From Catajapyx aquilonaris (lineage: Eukaryota): 64,000 bases of DNA. Under the pieces are notes generated by a model. That model was not told where the DNA came from and searched no databases. It worked only from the letters and a program-made list of their open reading frames with translations. The stretch covers positions 1 to 64,000 of the forward strand of contig KZ538150.1 in assembly GCA_000934665.2 (NCBI GenBank), read 5' to 3'. The position numbers were made by a program, and so were the translations under genes. Shown here in pieces: positions 1 to 15,761 of this stretch (within the stretch, counting starts at the first letter, position 1; every line of letters begins with the position of its first letter).

Positions 1-90
1 AAGCTCGTCGAACTGCCTGTCGGTCATGTCAAAACTCATGTCACCCAGTCTGGATACGGTTAACGTTAACGATTCTGAGTCACGAGATAG
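1..90 (-). CDS. Possible exon of an unidentified gene running off the left edge of the window
   Basis: Minus-strand pyrimidine-rich acceptor (...ctctcctag) ending at 91, then an open frame LSRDSESLTLTVSRLGDMSFDMTDRQFDEL to the window edge (ATG at 39). No recognisable homology. Confidence 0.2.
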
Positions 91-3000
91 CTAGGAGAGC
101 GCATAGCGAAAACGTACATTTTTGCTGCCATTTCCACCCCAAGGTTACATAGGCGAATACAAGGCGAACACGCATTACACGCCTCTGAACCTGAAAAACT
201 TTTATAGTTGTTGAATAGACTCCCAAATAATGTGGCTACGCTACTTACTTTTAATGGAGGTCGCTACTCTCTGGCCGAGACACAACCGAGCATTTTGTTT
301 CCCAAAATACACATCTTTCCATCTAATATGGATAAAAAAGCAGCATTAAATAAGGAGGTCTGAACTTTTACACCATGGCTATCAGATAGTTTGGTCTATA
401 TGGTTTGCGTCACAGGAATGCTACCGTACTTCCTCATGAATTAGACAACTTATTGTCCAAATCAATCATCATCGTGATTAGCAAGGTGACAAATTGCAAC
501 TTCATAGAATGGTCTTTTGAATTCATCAAAGCCACAACGTCACAAATCGGGTAAGATTAAACGGGTTAACATTCCATACGTTGTATGGACAATTTGATGA
601 TAAGAACTAAACAATAAGTTACCGATCCTGACCCTAATTTTAAATCCCAAATGAACCATTTTGAACTATTTGAAGCATCCTTCACGTTTTGATGGTACCT
701 AGACGAATTTCCTGTCGGGGAGGAATAATATTGTGCAACTAGCATGTCGGTGGTGGAATTACTACAACCTGAACCCTGAAAATGTGACTCATGAGTATAG
801 CTTCATGTCGACGAGCAAGCCTGCATTCAAGCCACCATGACAATTAGCGGTAAGGTCAAGGGTTTCTGTACAATGGACGGGCTTAAAAAGTGAGCATAAA
901 CAGAGAGGATATCCCAGACCGGTTTTTTTCTTCTTCTATACCTGCTCTTGGGATCCGATCCTTATTTACGGACATTTGCTACGCTTGTTGAAGATCTTAT
1001 GGTCCTAAAATCCAAATGCATTGTTCTTCTTGGGATTATTGTCCCTTTTTAACTATTCGTTTAAACATTTGCATATTTTAAAGGTGTGGCGATATTCCAG
1101 GCTGAGAAATATATTTTCTGCAATTAAAATTATTCATAAAGACGTCCATAAGCATTATTTGCACAAATTGATCAGCCATATTTCTCTATGAAAATTATAA
1201 TTTAGCGTAATTTAGCATCTAATCTAAATTTTTATAATCTGGTTACTATACTCATTGCATCTACTAAAACTATTCGACGGTGTAAATGTCCTAAGTCAGC
1301 AACAGTCTAGACACCAAAGGCAACTCATCACATTCTTGTCATTAAAATAGCGACTGATATGGCGTGAAGTTATGGCTTGACTTGTGAACTTTTTGGAGAG
1401 CCTTGAAGAGACTGAAACGGCGGAGTAATCGGGGTGAAAGGAAGGTGAACAAACGAACACAATAGGTCGAGGGCCGGGGTTTTATGTATCCTGCCCGAGT
1501 GTCAGTGTCACGGCAGTCATGCCAGTGTGTACATGCAAAAATGAAAGAGGTCGTCGTCACGGATCACTGGTGACATCCTAACTATTCTCTTTTCCTATAT
1601 TTTTATTCACTGGGGCACGGTGGCAATTATTATTGAATTAACCTAGTGGGAAAAAAACCTGGTCATTAATACAGTTTAAATTTAAAAAAACAACAACTAA
1701 TATCAATACTCCAATAATTATGCATTAATATGCATGTACAGTACAATATGTTTTCAAACTGGTATAGGAACCATATTGATTTAAATTCTGCTTACAGTAC
1801 GTACACAAATAATAGGGCCCATTAGAGTGGCCATTAGAATCCAGTCGACAGGAATGAAAAAATGTGGCGCGTGTTCCAGTAGAGAGCAGGTGGCAGGGCA
1901 GTCGCCCTTGACAAGGTGGCCAGATGGCCACTGCCCGCTACCCATACTTCCAAAATTCCGGTACAGCTTCCAGGGGCCATATATTCTCTCCCCCCCCNCC
2001 CCTCCCACCTTTAAACCTAACCCTGCCTCCCCTGCCTATATACACAAAAAAATGTTTAAAAACCAGAAACGACGACGCTGTGTCAACCCTTTATTTATGA
2101 ACCTCACCTTGTCCGGTAGACGCGTTGTTGTTGCCATATAAAATGAGCAATACAATTCAGGGTTGGCCTTCATCATTGATTGCAATATTACAAGTAGTAG
2201 TCTACTGGCGATATGAGACCGTGAAATAGCAATTATAATACTAGAACAATAACATTATGAAATTTTGTATAGACTATTAAAAGTTGGCTAATGGTTATTA
2301 TAATGGTGAGCGTTTGCAGACTGGTAGGTGTTTAAGTTATAATGAGCAAGACAATTGAATACACTATACTACGCATATGAGATAATGGTGATCTTTTGTG
2401 ACCCCATCTAGAGTCGCAATATTGCAGGTCTTTTTACTCGATTAGTTAGTCATGATCTCATGAAATTGAAGGGTATAGGGGTGCTTTGTTCCATTGGCTA
2501 GTGAGTTTTAAATATTGCACTTGGTATCGCAGTGTGACCTCGTTAGACTTGAACTGCGCAGTGTTTGTTTCCTGATCTACTACTGCATTATAGAGAGCAA
2601 TAAAAATTATCTCCCCTTTGTCTTATATACGTGACAAATAATGTTGGTCGGAGTGGACAAAGAATTGACATTATGCAAATTTAAGAACCACCTCTTCCCT
2701 ACAATATTATTATCATGTGCAAATATCTCAAGCACGAGACTTTTCAACCAGAAAAATCAGGTATTTCCTCACAAAAAATCATTCGTGATCCAAACTCCGC
2801 CAGACAATCCACACATTATCCTGTCCCCCCAAAAATCCGCACGCTTCAAAGACTGACAAATGATCTGAAAAGTCATGACATTTATACATCTGCATTTGGA
2901 AGCACGGCACTTTGTCGCATGCTGTGAAGAATGACACCGAGCCAGTAAATCTTCTCCCAATGATCAAATCAACGTCGGTTGAGCAACCAGCTCTCACTGG

Positions 3001-6000
3001 ACATCGAGCCGAATTGTCGTGACTCGTTCCTAATCCAATTTGGCAAAAGCCCGACAGGAATGCAAGGGGATGTGGAAAGGTGTTTAGAGCGCAATTGTCC
3101 ATGACCGTGACCCTGACCTTGCAGAGTTAGTGCGCCCTGATAAGCTACTGCCAACAATCGTAGCCTCCGGCTGACCACCTTTTCCTCTGGTTCTCTGACC
3201 GACACGCAGTATATTGCTCTCCGCGCTTCGACTTTTTTTTTTTTAACAACTCCTTTACTGCAGCCTAATGAGCCGAAAGCAGTCACTCAAGGTCGACCTG
3301 CTCGTCACAACAATTATTTTAATGTCTGCTTTGCCATTATTGCTGTGATTATTGCGTGGGTCAAGGGTCGAGCGGCATGCCAGATGATGCTTTTTTATGA
3401 TTCTCCCACGACGGATGGATATCGGGGAAGACGATTTAGGCAGATGGTGTGGGTCAAAATGCGAATCACGACACTTGAAGGGTTGTATGGACAACCAGTT
3501 GGAAAAGAGACATGTTGTCGGATGAGTTTGCTCCGAACGTGGCAACTAGCTGACCTGCCCCAATTGAATATCATATATGCCAACATTAAGAAGGCACATT
3601 TATTGGTCCAATTATGTCACCTTTGTAAACCACCATTTTTAGTGTCTGAATTATGACACCTGCTACATTACAGCCCTAAGGTATATCCTGTCCATTGGTA
3701 TTTTTATGCTGCCACAAATCGGAAAAAATGCGAATCAGTATGCAAAAACGGCGTGAATCACCCCAGGTGAGAGATGAGTCCCCTCGAGAATTAAGTCACG
3801 CATGGCAGTTGCAAATGAATCAGCCCCACAGGTCATCCAACCAACCTGTGCCAGGTGAAACATGACAGAAAAAAAACACTGAAGCAATTCTCCAAACCAA
3901 TACATTTCTACAGCATGAATCATATGCAACAATAACGCGGAAATATATCTCCAATTCATCTGATGACACCTAACAACCCGCCTGCGGTGCGTTATTTCGC
4001 AATGTGACGCCTCTCAGACGCCATATTGGAAACGCCCACAAGCTCCAGGGTGGCCAGACACATCTTTACTTGGGCTCAAAAAAAAAAAAAAGGTGAGATG
4101 ACTTACATCCCAAAGGTTGAAGTCGAAAAAAGAGACAAGTGGTCGTGTTGCAGGCGACCTTGCACTGGGTCAATCGCTCTGCAGGAAGGGGGGGAATGTG
4201 GCAACGTCCGTTTCAAAGCCACCATCAAGGTAACTCGTTCCTTCACCTGGCACCACCGCGGCCTTGGAATTAGGTCCGGGGGTGATTTCTGGACAACACT
4301 GACGGTCCGGAAATATTTTTGGAGGGGCCCACAAAAAAGTAGATCTTCACCTTAAAAAATGAAAGTGGGACATGGCTAACGGGATGGGGATATATTTAGG
4401 CGGACCTTTTTTGTGGGACCTTTTTGTACGGTTTTTTAAGGCGTATAAATTAGGATAAAATACCTGTTAGTACCCATATGTTGCCTGAAATTAGGGTACG
4501 GTACTGTGTCCATAATGTAAAAGAGAGGTCTATTTCGTGTTGTAAATTTTTCGAATGTTTATAATGTACAATGCAAGTCACAAAACATGCTCCATCAAAT
4601 GAATTACTCACATCGTACGTAATGTGTTTTCTAAGTGGGACTTATTTCCACATATTACCTAGACAGCTTTTTATGATGTGAGAATCCTCCTGTACACGTA
4701 AGGCACCGTGACGTCATGACAAAAACACGACCGAGTTTACGTTAAAAACGTGACTGAAAGGTGATAAATTCCTATGCACCCACGGGGGGAAAAAAGTCGA
4801 ATATAAACCATGCAGACTTAAATGTTCGAGTCACGCGCCTCGTATTAGCTACAAGAGCTTGGAAATACTGCCAAAAATATATATCTGAGGTGAAAAGAGG
4901 CGACGATTTGGTTGTAGCAGTAATTGGCGAAACTTTCGTAAATCGTTTGGGAACTGTCCGAAAATAACTGCTCGCGTGAATCCGAATGAATAATAGCCAC
5001 AGACACGCGAAAAGAAAATGGTCACATGTCAAGTGGTTGTAAATAAGACTTAAGGCCACTGACTCTTCCTGCGATCAATTACAGGTCACATCTGTCAGGG
5101 TAAAATCGCATGCTGTAACATGGGTTGCCTACTCGTCAGGAGCAGGTACGAATTGCATGTAGTTCCAGCGGTTTCGAGTTACAAATAGCCTAACTGCATA
5201 TTACCATTTCTTATGCATATGAAATGAAGACCTACATCGGTCGCTTTCTCTAATTTTTTCATGGGACGTACTAGAAGACAAGTCCACCAAAAGGCCATCA
5301 TGAGGACACAACTCTGCGTGTTGCGGACCGGGAATGATAAGCACTTAACTCGTGTCCCCAGAGGGACGATAAAACGAACATGATTTCCCTTTCAACACAC
5401 ATTGCCATGCATAAAAAAGTGCCTTTTTTGTCCTCACTTTGCTTGTCGTCAGTCGGATCGAGATGGGATTAATTACGCCCAACACTATTTTATGTCCCCT
5501 CTAATGGTGTGCTGGGTGTCCACTGGGAGGCCCTTGACATGTACTTACTGTCTTGTAGCTAAACGTGATCAGTGTAAATCTTCAGGCCTGGCTTCATTAC
5601 AAAATTAGGGAATGTTACAATGTACACCATGAATGGTCTCATCGATAGATCAGTTGATGAAGGTCAGGAACAATGTTGTGTAAAATGTTCCAAAATCTCA
5701 ATTTTTATCTTAAATAAATAGTTTTACTGTACATACCAGAATGTAGCCTTAGACATTCCAGAACCAAATGACAACATGATAGAACTTTTTATGTGTGCAT
5801 ACAATCGCATTGTATACATGCTAAAGTATGCTGCATTAATAAACATCCTGTATGTGCTTGAATTATACAAAACACGACGTCGTAATATTTCAATGTCAAA
5901 ATCCTTCACACAAGTTCTAACACAATGTATTGTAAACGCCGACATCAGTAATATTAATTCACAATAGTGTAAGTAGTGGCCTGAACCTGGCAATGAACCA

Positions 6001-9000
6001 AAGTGGTGTCAAAGCTCTTCTCGTGCGACAGAAGCCTGCATTCTGACAATAGGCAATTACTGTGCGTCTCCACTATTGTAGGCAGGCAATCTTTCATCTC
6101 CTGCACAGTACACTATAAAGAGATTCGAGAAGCATTCGCCGTAGCCATCTATAAATTATTTTTTACAGCACTTGACCTCTCACCCTCTAGGCTTCCTTCG
6201 CTTTGTTTCTGTCACAACGTGACAAGACAACTATTAGTCACAGGATAGATAAGTACGAGCAAGTCCACAGCGAATCTTCTCTGAACAGCGACAATTCAAT
6301 CAGTGTTGTAGCCACATTGGACAATTTTCATACCGTACATATAGTCAATGCTATTGCAAGGCACTCTGTATGACGTCATACTACTCTACTTTATTGCAAA
6401 ATCCCAAGAGAGGAGGCGTCCAGTTTTTTGAGGCCTGATAAAAGAGGGCAAATCAGGACGCCATAATAGGTACAGACCTGTGCAACACAATACGTCCCGG
6501 GGGTTAAGGGTGGGGAGGGGTGGGATTGCCTGGATAGAGGGGTAGAGTGGAGGGTCCTACATAGTCCCTCACACAGAGGAACATCTGAGTCACTGACTAC
6601 GAATTTGCAAGAGAATAAATAACAGGCTTGTCCGGTATCCCCCAACCCCATTGAAAAATCAGGAACCCACTGAAAGGAGATACGGGACCCCGGAAATTTA
6701 TTAGCAAATGGCTAAGTGCACCAAATATTGACAACATCTCTTTCACTTTTTATTTTTGGAACCTGGTGTTTACAATAAAGTGTAATCAGAAAGCATGCAT
6801 AGCTCCAGCAGTGCAAATCAACAGCATTAGGTTGCCCATGTTATTTTTGATATCTGTAAATGAAACGACATTTCTCGTTGGCATGGTGTATGTAACTCAA
6901 TGCCCGGCTGATTTGGAGCTGAGGCGACAGGAGAGAGTTTAAAGTTTCCTAGAGATTTTCATTGCTGCAGATTGTGCTCAATTTTGAAATATCCGATGCA
7001 AGCCAAATGACATAATTATATCAGTATTGTGAAAAACTTTTATTATTTTCTTTCTTTAAAAAAACCTCGCCTGCAATGATCTTGTATTGACAGCAGCAGT
7101 GACCCAATCAGCAAAGTGTCCTCCTCGACTTGGAGATCATCACCCAAATATTTGCTCCTTTGGTCTGAACTAACAAAAAGGAAGTGGCTTTGTGAAGGGG
7201 GCACACACTCCCTCCCTCCCTCGCCTCTCCCCTTTCCATCATGCCCAACCCCCATGCTAATTTGCGTATTGATGTACCCTCAACCAGTCCTGTGATTCAA
7301 TGATTCACGTGGACATGATTCCTTTTCAAACCTCTCATTTTTGCCCCAATTTGACATACCAAATTTTACTTCACACCTGTAGATTACTACCTTTAAAAAT
7401 ATGCCACCTTTTGTTATAAAACTAGCCTAGTTTATTAATAATCAGGGCGAGCGGCACTTCGAGATTATCCTTTAGTGAACGGATGGCCGGTTTTATTTAG
7501 TAGGGTGAGGGTGGTAGGGGGAGACCCTCTTTTACACCCTAGAGGCCAACTGGGGAAAGCCCCCTATATCTGGTAACTGTGGATTGGGCGCTCTGAAAAT
7601 GGCGCCATTAAGTTAGCTAAGGCAACGATTTTCCACTTTTACTTTCGCATACTGAGGTTCATTTTGGCACCCACGGGTGCGACGTGACTTTGCACGCCAG
7701 ATGGCATCAGCGAAAATCACACCTAAAACCGCATCTAGAGGCACATTGAGCCATTACATTATGCTGAGTTTCCCATATTTTGTGTTGCAGCTGGATGGAA
7801 TACATAAAAATCCTGCAAATTGTTCTGTACAATTTTGACAAATCAGGGGCGTGGCATACTACATAGTGAGGTGTATCTAAAATGCAGGTGGGCACTCAAT
7901 ATGAATTAAAATTACGATAAAATTACCTTTAACTCTCGGATATTATTTTTCAAACTCACAATGCAACACGTGATCGACAATACACGAATTTTCTTTCAAT
8001 GTGATTAGTAGAGGTCAGTTGCCGATTTCATATAATAACCTCAAAATACACGAAAAGGCCTTCGTGACCGTTCGTTACCCCCAGATATCAGAAACCTAAA
8101 ATGGACAAGAAAATAACATCAAAGGGCTTAATTATTAGTGACATCTGACAATACCGTAATTAAAAACCGAACACGCGTATGTAAACCGAAACCTGTCTCT
8201 CGACCGTCCGCCACGAAAATGAGTGTACATGATAGGTACCCATCAAAGGCAATCATGTCGACATGACCCAGATGATCCCGCAGATCTGGTATTTGATGGT
8301 TTCCCAAAGCAGCGGGATATTGAAACGGAGCATTAGTCGGGATAAGTGTGAGTCATTCTTCGCTTGATGCCCCCAACCAAGTCTGTCCTACACACACACA
8401 TGCACGCACACACATACACATAGAACAATCTTCGGGGCGTGGGTAATGCGATTTTACGTCCAGTTGCAAGTTGCCAGGCGGCAGCTTGGATTTATAATGG
8501 CCAACGTTCCCCTTTCCGTCTCTCAAGCCTCATTATGTTTGTGAATACAGGGACCTCCCGACAAGGGGAGGGGGACATTGTGCCAGGGAATATAAAAAAA
8601 AAGCAGAATACATCTCATTGGAATTTATGTGTGCCAACTAAGAACTGGAAATATAATCTGGTGTAAATAGGGGAAGTGGTCGAATCCACGAATCGAAATC
8701 ACGGAAATGAAAATCAGCTAGATCCATACATCATGGGTCCCCCTCTGCGACATGATGAGGCCCCTAACTAAAGATAGATCCAGATTTCATCGATCAGTAC
8801 GCACATGGTGCACCCTCACTTTTATCTGCAATATCCCCCATCACTCACTTTCTCACAAACCCCCGGGCATTCCGGACAGATAAGGGGCTAGATAGGACCT
8901 AATTGCTTCGAACGACATCGATAGACTCCAGGCAATTTCGGTCCCGCAGTCGTAAATTAATTGCGTAACATGTACGCACTTCAGACATTTGCCAATAGGT

Positions 9001-12000
9001 TTGTGGGATGGAAAAAAAATCAGATTGTCTTTCAGAAATAGCTATTATTTTTTAGTCCCGTATGTTCTGACAGAACCATGGCACTTTACAATATGTATTA
9101 ATTCAAAGATTACACAACGACTACCTGGTATTCAAATGGAACAATCCCTGCTGCTTGACAATGTCCCGGAAGTGTTGATGAGAGATGTTCTCTCCAATTT
9201 TTTCTTCAATTTTTGTGGGAAAATTGCTGAGGGTGTAGCAAGGGCAGCGTGGGAAACCAACCCTGGCACTTTTACACGTTACCCTAACTTCCGTCACAAA
9301 ATGTATACGACACATTTTTTGAATTACCCGCACCAAGTGTTCATGCTGCCATCTATCGACAGAAAGGTACCTGACATTGGTAAGCCTGAAATGTGGAAAG
9401 GAAACAGTTTAATCCCGCAAAAAAATGACCTCGACCTTGACTTCGGTTGCAAAACAAAACGGGTCGTTTTGGGATCCGGTGTTGAATCCAAAACGGGTTT
9501 GAGAGGATGATGTGGGTAGGGTGGGAATATTGCGCCGGAAAAAAAAATAACAGTGATGCATGATGCGGGTTCGATGTGATATGCCGACAAGTGAGGAAGT
9601 GTAACCACGCACTTCCTTCGACATAAAAAAAGAAAAAAAAAATGAAAAAGTCTTCACCTGGAAAAATGGGCTTTCCCGCCAACTTCACGCCCTCTGGAGC
9701 AAGATGAGGTCATTTTATAGGCAGTCAGGCCTAAGTTTTTTTAATGTGACTTATTAGCGGTTTCTGTTTCAAACAGACAATGATACACAAGAATTGGGTA
9801 TATTCCCCATGACAATGCCAATAGCAGTAACCCTGTCACAATTGTTGGAATCTTCCAATTACGGCTTAATTATATTGGAACAATCATCGGAGTCTGGAAA
9901 AAAAAGATGAGAAAACCTATTCGGCCCCAAAGTTGCGGTTAAATTTGGACCTTGAGAGTGGGCACCGGGGATGGATCTTTTTTGTCGGAACCACGCTCAG
10001 CAAGTGCAAAATTGGGTTGAGATTAAGGCAAACGCACGGTCATCAGGAGGACTAAAGCGCGCAGGCAAAAGGTACCGGCACTTCTTCTACCTAGAAGCCG
10101 TGGGAAAATCACTAAGTCCACTGGTCTCACTAAATGACCATCAAGAAAGGAAGAAAAAAAATGCCTTCCTGTCATGTCGCCGAAGGAAAAAGCAGGTTAA
10201 GACGTTTTTATAATGCAATTGTTTGTAAAGGATCTCCAGTCGCAGGTCGTACCTTGAGGCCCTTTCTGTTATGTACGATTCAGTAATGATGACAGCTTAT
10301 TGTCTCCAAAGTAACAGACATTAAAAAGTGTTACATTCGTCGCAACATATACTCAAAATGTTCTTATTGCACTTAAAAGCGGTGAAGTTTTGCCAAGAGG
10401 TATATGCTAATTCAATGCATGCAAGCTGCAACATGCACGATCAACCATCACATTTCGTAATAATAATAGCCTCCTACTAGCACATTTTTAAAACTTCATA
10501 AGTCTATCGGATTCGAAAACATTATATGCAAAACTTATATTCGGACGTGTCTAGTAAATTATCATTCGCAAATATGCACGGCTTGTCCATTGGCTTGTAT
10601 AGCATTTGATGTTTATGTAAATATTGACATTAATTAACTGGATGCACCAACAGCATGATTAAATTATTGTATAAGTAATTGAATAATATAGTAAACAGCA
10701 ATAGTAATCAAATTCAATTTGGATGAAACAGACAAAATTGCATGTTTGATATGAAGTGAGTTAAGGGTGAGGCTAAGAGGCTGATGATAACATATTGATA
10801 TTTTATAAATTGTAATTGGAATAATTTATTTAATTTGTGAGACCAAATTACGGTGCATACCATATTTTGTCATGGATTTCTTGTTCAGACATATTTCCCA
10901 TTCCAAAGCTTACCCATTTTATAAATATGAACACCCTATTCCAAAACCCGAAAAATCTAAATCGAGGTGCCAACAGAAAACTTTCCATATTTAGCGACGA
11001 ACGGTCAATTAATATTTCCTTGTTTTCTGATTTATTTGATGATTCATTCTTCTTCAGGATGCACATTAAAAAAAGGGGAAGAAACCATGTTCTTATCCTG
11101 ACACTCCACAACGATACGAATCATAATTTGACCCCTAACACCACCGAACACATAAGCATGCCACCCTTGAATTACGCCAGTAACCCTACCGTAACACTGT
11201 CCGCATATAAATTGCATTAATTGACAATCAAGCTTACTTCCAGCACTTAATATCCGATAACCATCACAAAATGCTTATTTTAGTCATATTATTCAGACTT
11301 ATGGCTCACCCACACACATACTGTGACCGGAAACTCCAAGGGGCCGCCCCCATCCTTAAATCCCATCCGGGCGATTCCATGGTGCGTATAAAGGACATCA
11401 CCTGAGGGCAAAAGCAGGCAAATTGGCACAGCACAAACCAGTCGTATCGGAAGAGTCAGATCCTCCCCCCACCCATCCTAAAAAGAAAGGGTAATATGGA
11501 AAGGTCATGTAGGTCACATCGAGTGTCCTTGGTAGAGGTGAAGTCGACTGGTCGGTCTTTGGCATTTCCTTCCACCAAGATTTTAATACCACACAGGTCT
11601 TGCAACCTTTTTTTTCTGGTTTGGTATCGGGTGAATGACGGGCGTAGGCGGTTTGGTTTGATGGGTTTGGATGGTCGGTGAGAAAATTTTCATCTCCTGT
11701 CCCACACACGCCCCGCCATTCATACTCAACTGCTCACGCGTGCAGGTCACGAGTCATGCCGATTTTTCGTGCGGTGCCTCTATTTTAATGTACATTTTTC
11801 GGAATAGATAAAAAAAAGTAGGCGGTGTATGAAGGGGAGCGGGTTTTTAAAGCGGTACGTTATTGCCAGATTTTGCAAATTCTTCACAAATCTTCCAGAT
11901 GGGAGGTCGTGTTTTTGTGCACTTGATATTCCAGATTTTTCTAGAATTGAATGAATGTATTGTTTTCGAAAGGAGAAGGTTACGGTCGAGGGCACAAAGG

Positions 12001-15000
12001 ATATAAAAACTATATTTGTGTATGAGAGAGAGCTGCTTCATTGTGGGCAGTTTGATTCTAGGTGTACGATAATGTGTAAATGTACGGAAATTGACGTATA
12101 ACAATTTCAATGGCTTTCACTATAGGTCCTATAGGAGAAAGAGATCATTTTCACTGATAATATTTGTGAATCGTAAATAGATAATAGGCGAGATAATTGG
12201 GTACGGTATATGTATATACTCTCCGAGAGAGGTAGCCTCGCAATAAAATTAATTTCAAAACATATAATGCATGAGCTAGAGCTGGATACTATTATTTTAT
12301 GTACGCTTTAAAATCAATATAACAGTTCTTACGTTTTGTCTATAAGACATCTTCAGCTAGATGCTGCGGATCACAAGCAGTTTCATACATTTCGCACACA
12401 TTATTTGCATATGAATAAGTTTCAATAATTCAAAAGCTCCCTTTCAACACTATTTGAAACAGAAAATAGTTCGCAACGCAGTTTAATTTTTTTTCATTCT
12501 AACTTTAGTATTTTTTCTGGGTAAAAGTAAGGGAAATCCGTCTTGAATGTCCGGTCACATTCATTGTATTTATTCAGTAGTAAATTAAAGCTGATATGAT
12601 TGCATTGGAACCAGTGGAACCTTTTGTAAAATCAATGAATCATGGTTAAAATTTTTGTATTTATATCACAGTTCCTCTGAATGAAGTCTTACAGCTTCAT
12701 TTCCCAGTAAGGGTTCTTATTGCCCCTATATACCATCACAAAATATACGTAATATAAATTTCCCTGAATCTATACCAATTTGACTTGTGCGGGACGTTAC
12801 AAGCTTCCTGGGAGGTCTAACGTAGGCGTACGTAGACCAACAACAAAAACTAGCCATATGATCTCCATGACGACCGGAGAGAACCTTGAATTTGAGCCGA
12901 GATAATTATAATTGACATGTCTATAGTCCATATTGCCATTAGAATTCTTTGAAAACTGTCTGCGACGTACAATAATTATACAGTCTATAAAATTAATTTT
13001 TCTGCCGTCTGCCACAGTAGGAAAAAGTCAAGGTTATACAAGTAGCATGTGTGACAGGTACTTTCCTCTACTGTGCTACATAGCAGGGCAAGCATACCGG
13101 TATATTGTGATTTATTGAGTTCTCAATAAATAATCAAGAATGCCCTTGCACTGGTGAGCTGATAAGCATCCTACCATTGGCGAAATCAATCAGACACGAG
13201 TTCCTTCGGGAGTGTGTTGCCCAACAGATTCCAAACCACACGATAATCATCTATAGCTAGCGGAATGAGACATGAAGCATCCCCGTTTCCTCCAGGCTGC
13301 CAGTGTGGATGGGCTGGGCGCACGCACGGTGACCAGGTGGTCGGCGGTGCGACGGGGTCGGTCTGGTTTGTGTGTGGGAGGTGAGGGGCATAATACAGCA
13401 GCAGTACGTCGCCACCCCCATAATGCCCTGAGGCTAGGAAGTGGCCACAGCGAGGAAGTCCACTTGGCCTGCCATGAAACCCTGCATCCCGTATACCTAG
13501 GTGTGGGCGGATTTCCCCCATTTTTTTTCCAGTGCAAAACACATTGCTGGTGAGAACTGGTCGATCTTCTTCTTTCCCAAGCTCATCCATCCACCATGTA
13601 TGACTTCCGACTCAAGCTTTTTGCCATCTTGGATCATTGGTGTGAATAGACAAATCAGCCTTAGGGGGGGTCCAAAGCATGAGAACAATAAGCAATTAGA
13701 AGGATCTTTGAAGCGAGATAGGATTGTGTCCATGTGCTGACCTTGATAAGGGACACAAATCGACCTCATCCCGGTATATGTGTATAATGCCATATCCATT
13801 CCGCCCACCGCTTTATTGCTTCCTTCTACGGCTACTGGCTTCTTTGCACAAGGCTGACCTTCTCATTGTCAATTCATATTCATGCGATTAGTTTATTAGA
13901 CCAGAGGAAAAAACAAAGGGACATTTACTGTCGTATTAAATTAATGGTCATTTGGTTACGCGCAGTTATACACAACGGTAGGCATATGCTGCATAGGCCA
14001 CACGTAGGATAAATGCTGGCATGGTGTTAATTAATTTCCTGCGTTATTTCCCGTAATACCCACATATAGGGTGGTAATAAAAAACTGAAGAAAGAGGTGC
14101 TGTCAGGAGAAAATAACTTGACCTAGATCTCTGGCTGAAGTTGAGGAGGAAACGAGTGAAAAAAATAATGAATGTTGGGCGGGAGGAAGAACCGACATAT
14201 GGCCAGCGTGATCCTACGGGCAGGAAAATCATTTCCGGTGGAAGCCACGTGGAGGGAATTATCTCTGGAAAAGGTAGAATTGGCGTAGCCAGGATTGGGT
14301 TCCTTCCGAAGTTCCGAACTCGACAGGGTGTCACTACCTATCACTGTGGTGTTGGATACAACAAGCCGATTCAAACACAATTTACGTATGAGCTGATTTA
14401 TTATTATTTACAAGTAACTGGGTTTTTACAAGATAGTATCTATCAATCAATGTTGTCTACTTTCTACAGTAACAAACAAAACATTTCCTCTCGGCACATC
14501 TGTCGTAATGTTGCTGATTGAGTTTTTTAAAATATTATTTTATCATTCCAGCCCGTGCCAGCAGGCTGACTCAGGTTCTCAGAGTATACGTCATAGGTAT
14601 CGTGGGAGGTTTGCGAGTGTTCCTAATGGCCAATCTTTCAAAGGGGTGTCCTAATGCAAAACATTTGGGGTGTAGGCATTTATCCTAGTACAAGGTATAT
14701 CAGCCAATCAACTTTCAACATGACAATATTCAATTCGCCAGGTTTCTCAAAATCTCAAAATCTCAAATTGCGTCAAACTTTTCTAAATAATTATGTTGTA
14801 TAAACATACAAGCTATATGTATACTGCGTGTTTCATAATTGAACTGTATCCGTATCAGTACAAATCTCGCCTTAATTTCAACTCGCTTTTGTGGCAATGA
14901 GTTGAAAACATATTTCCACACCAAACCTGAAAGTTAAAAAAACACGAGGTAAGAATGAAAGAAAACATAAATGTTCCCAAATGCAAGAAACAACTATTTG

Positions 15001-15761
15001 AAAACATTTGCCTCTCTCGAAATAACTTATGTGTGAAACTGATATCAAACTAAATTTAAGTGAAACGGGTACATGTCAATATTGCGTGCCATTCTGTAAT
15101 TAATTCCATTGTTGCTGAATTTTTAACATACTGTGAAGTGTCTCTCACTCTTAATAATTATCACTCTCTCCGTTATGGATAATCATACTACTGTATCTAG
15201 TAAGGCCAGGGAAGTAATCGGACGTGGTTTGCCATCTGTCGGAAGCACCTTAACTTAGGCACTCCCTTCATACACCTCTCCATCTACCGGGAATGGGGTA
15301 AACTCGCTTTGAAGAGCCACTCACTATGACCGCATGACACACCCCGTGATTACAACATTACAACTTTTGGCATGCCGCAGAGAGCAGTACTGACAATGTT
15401 AGTCAAAATACTTTAGAAATATCAGGGAGACATTCAATTACTACGAAAAACAAACATTGATATGGTAACTTGGTAAGCGCGTATTGTAGTCACTCAATAA
15501 ATCTTAATTATGATCATTAAAATATGGCGAAATACAGGCAAGAAAGGCTTTTGGACCACCCTGCTGTCCATGTATATCTGATGGTGATTCACACATCAGC
15601 ACATCTCAACAGAGGGTATAAATGAAAGTGACAAACGAGTTGTTTGTTAGCGTTTGCATTCCAGCCAGTGGTCTCCCTCCCTCCTGAGGCCTCAAGTCTA
15701 CCTGTTGCCGTTGACCTCGAGATCCAAACGAAAGGGAAGGTCATTTTTCCGACGAGGAAAG

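Noticed and set aside
4046..4301. Possible hAT-like MITE (CAGGGTGGCCAGA ... TCTGGACAACACTG)
   Set aside because: TIR match is short and imperfect, and no target-site duplication is visible.
8989..9510. Longest ORF in the track (173 aa)
   Set aside because: Non-ATG start, no recognisable domain or exon context; similar-sized ORFs overlap on the other strand.
13186..13808. GC-richer patch with several overlapping ORFs
   Set aside because: No protein-like motif in any frame and no consistent splice structure.
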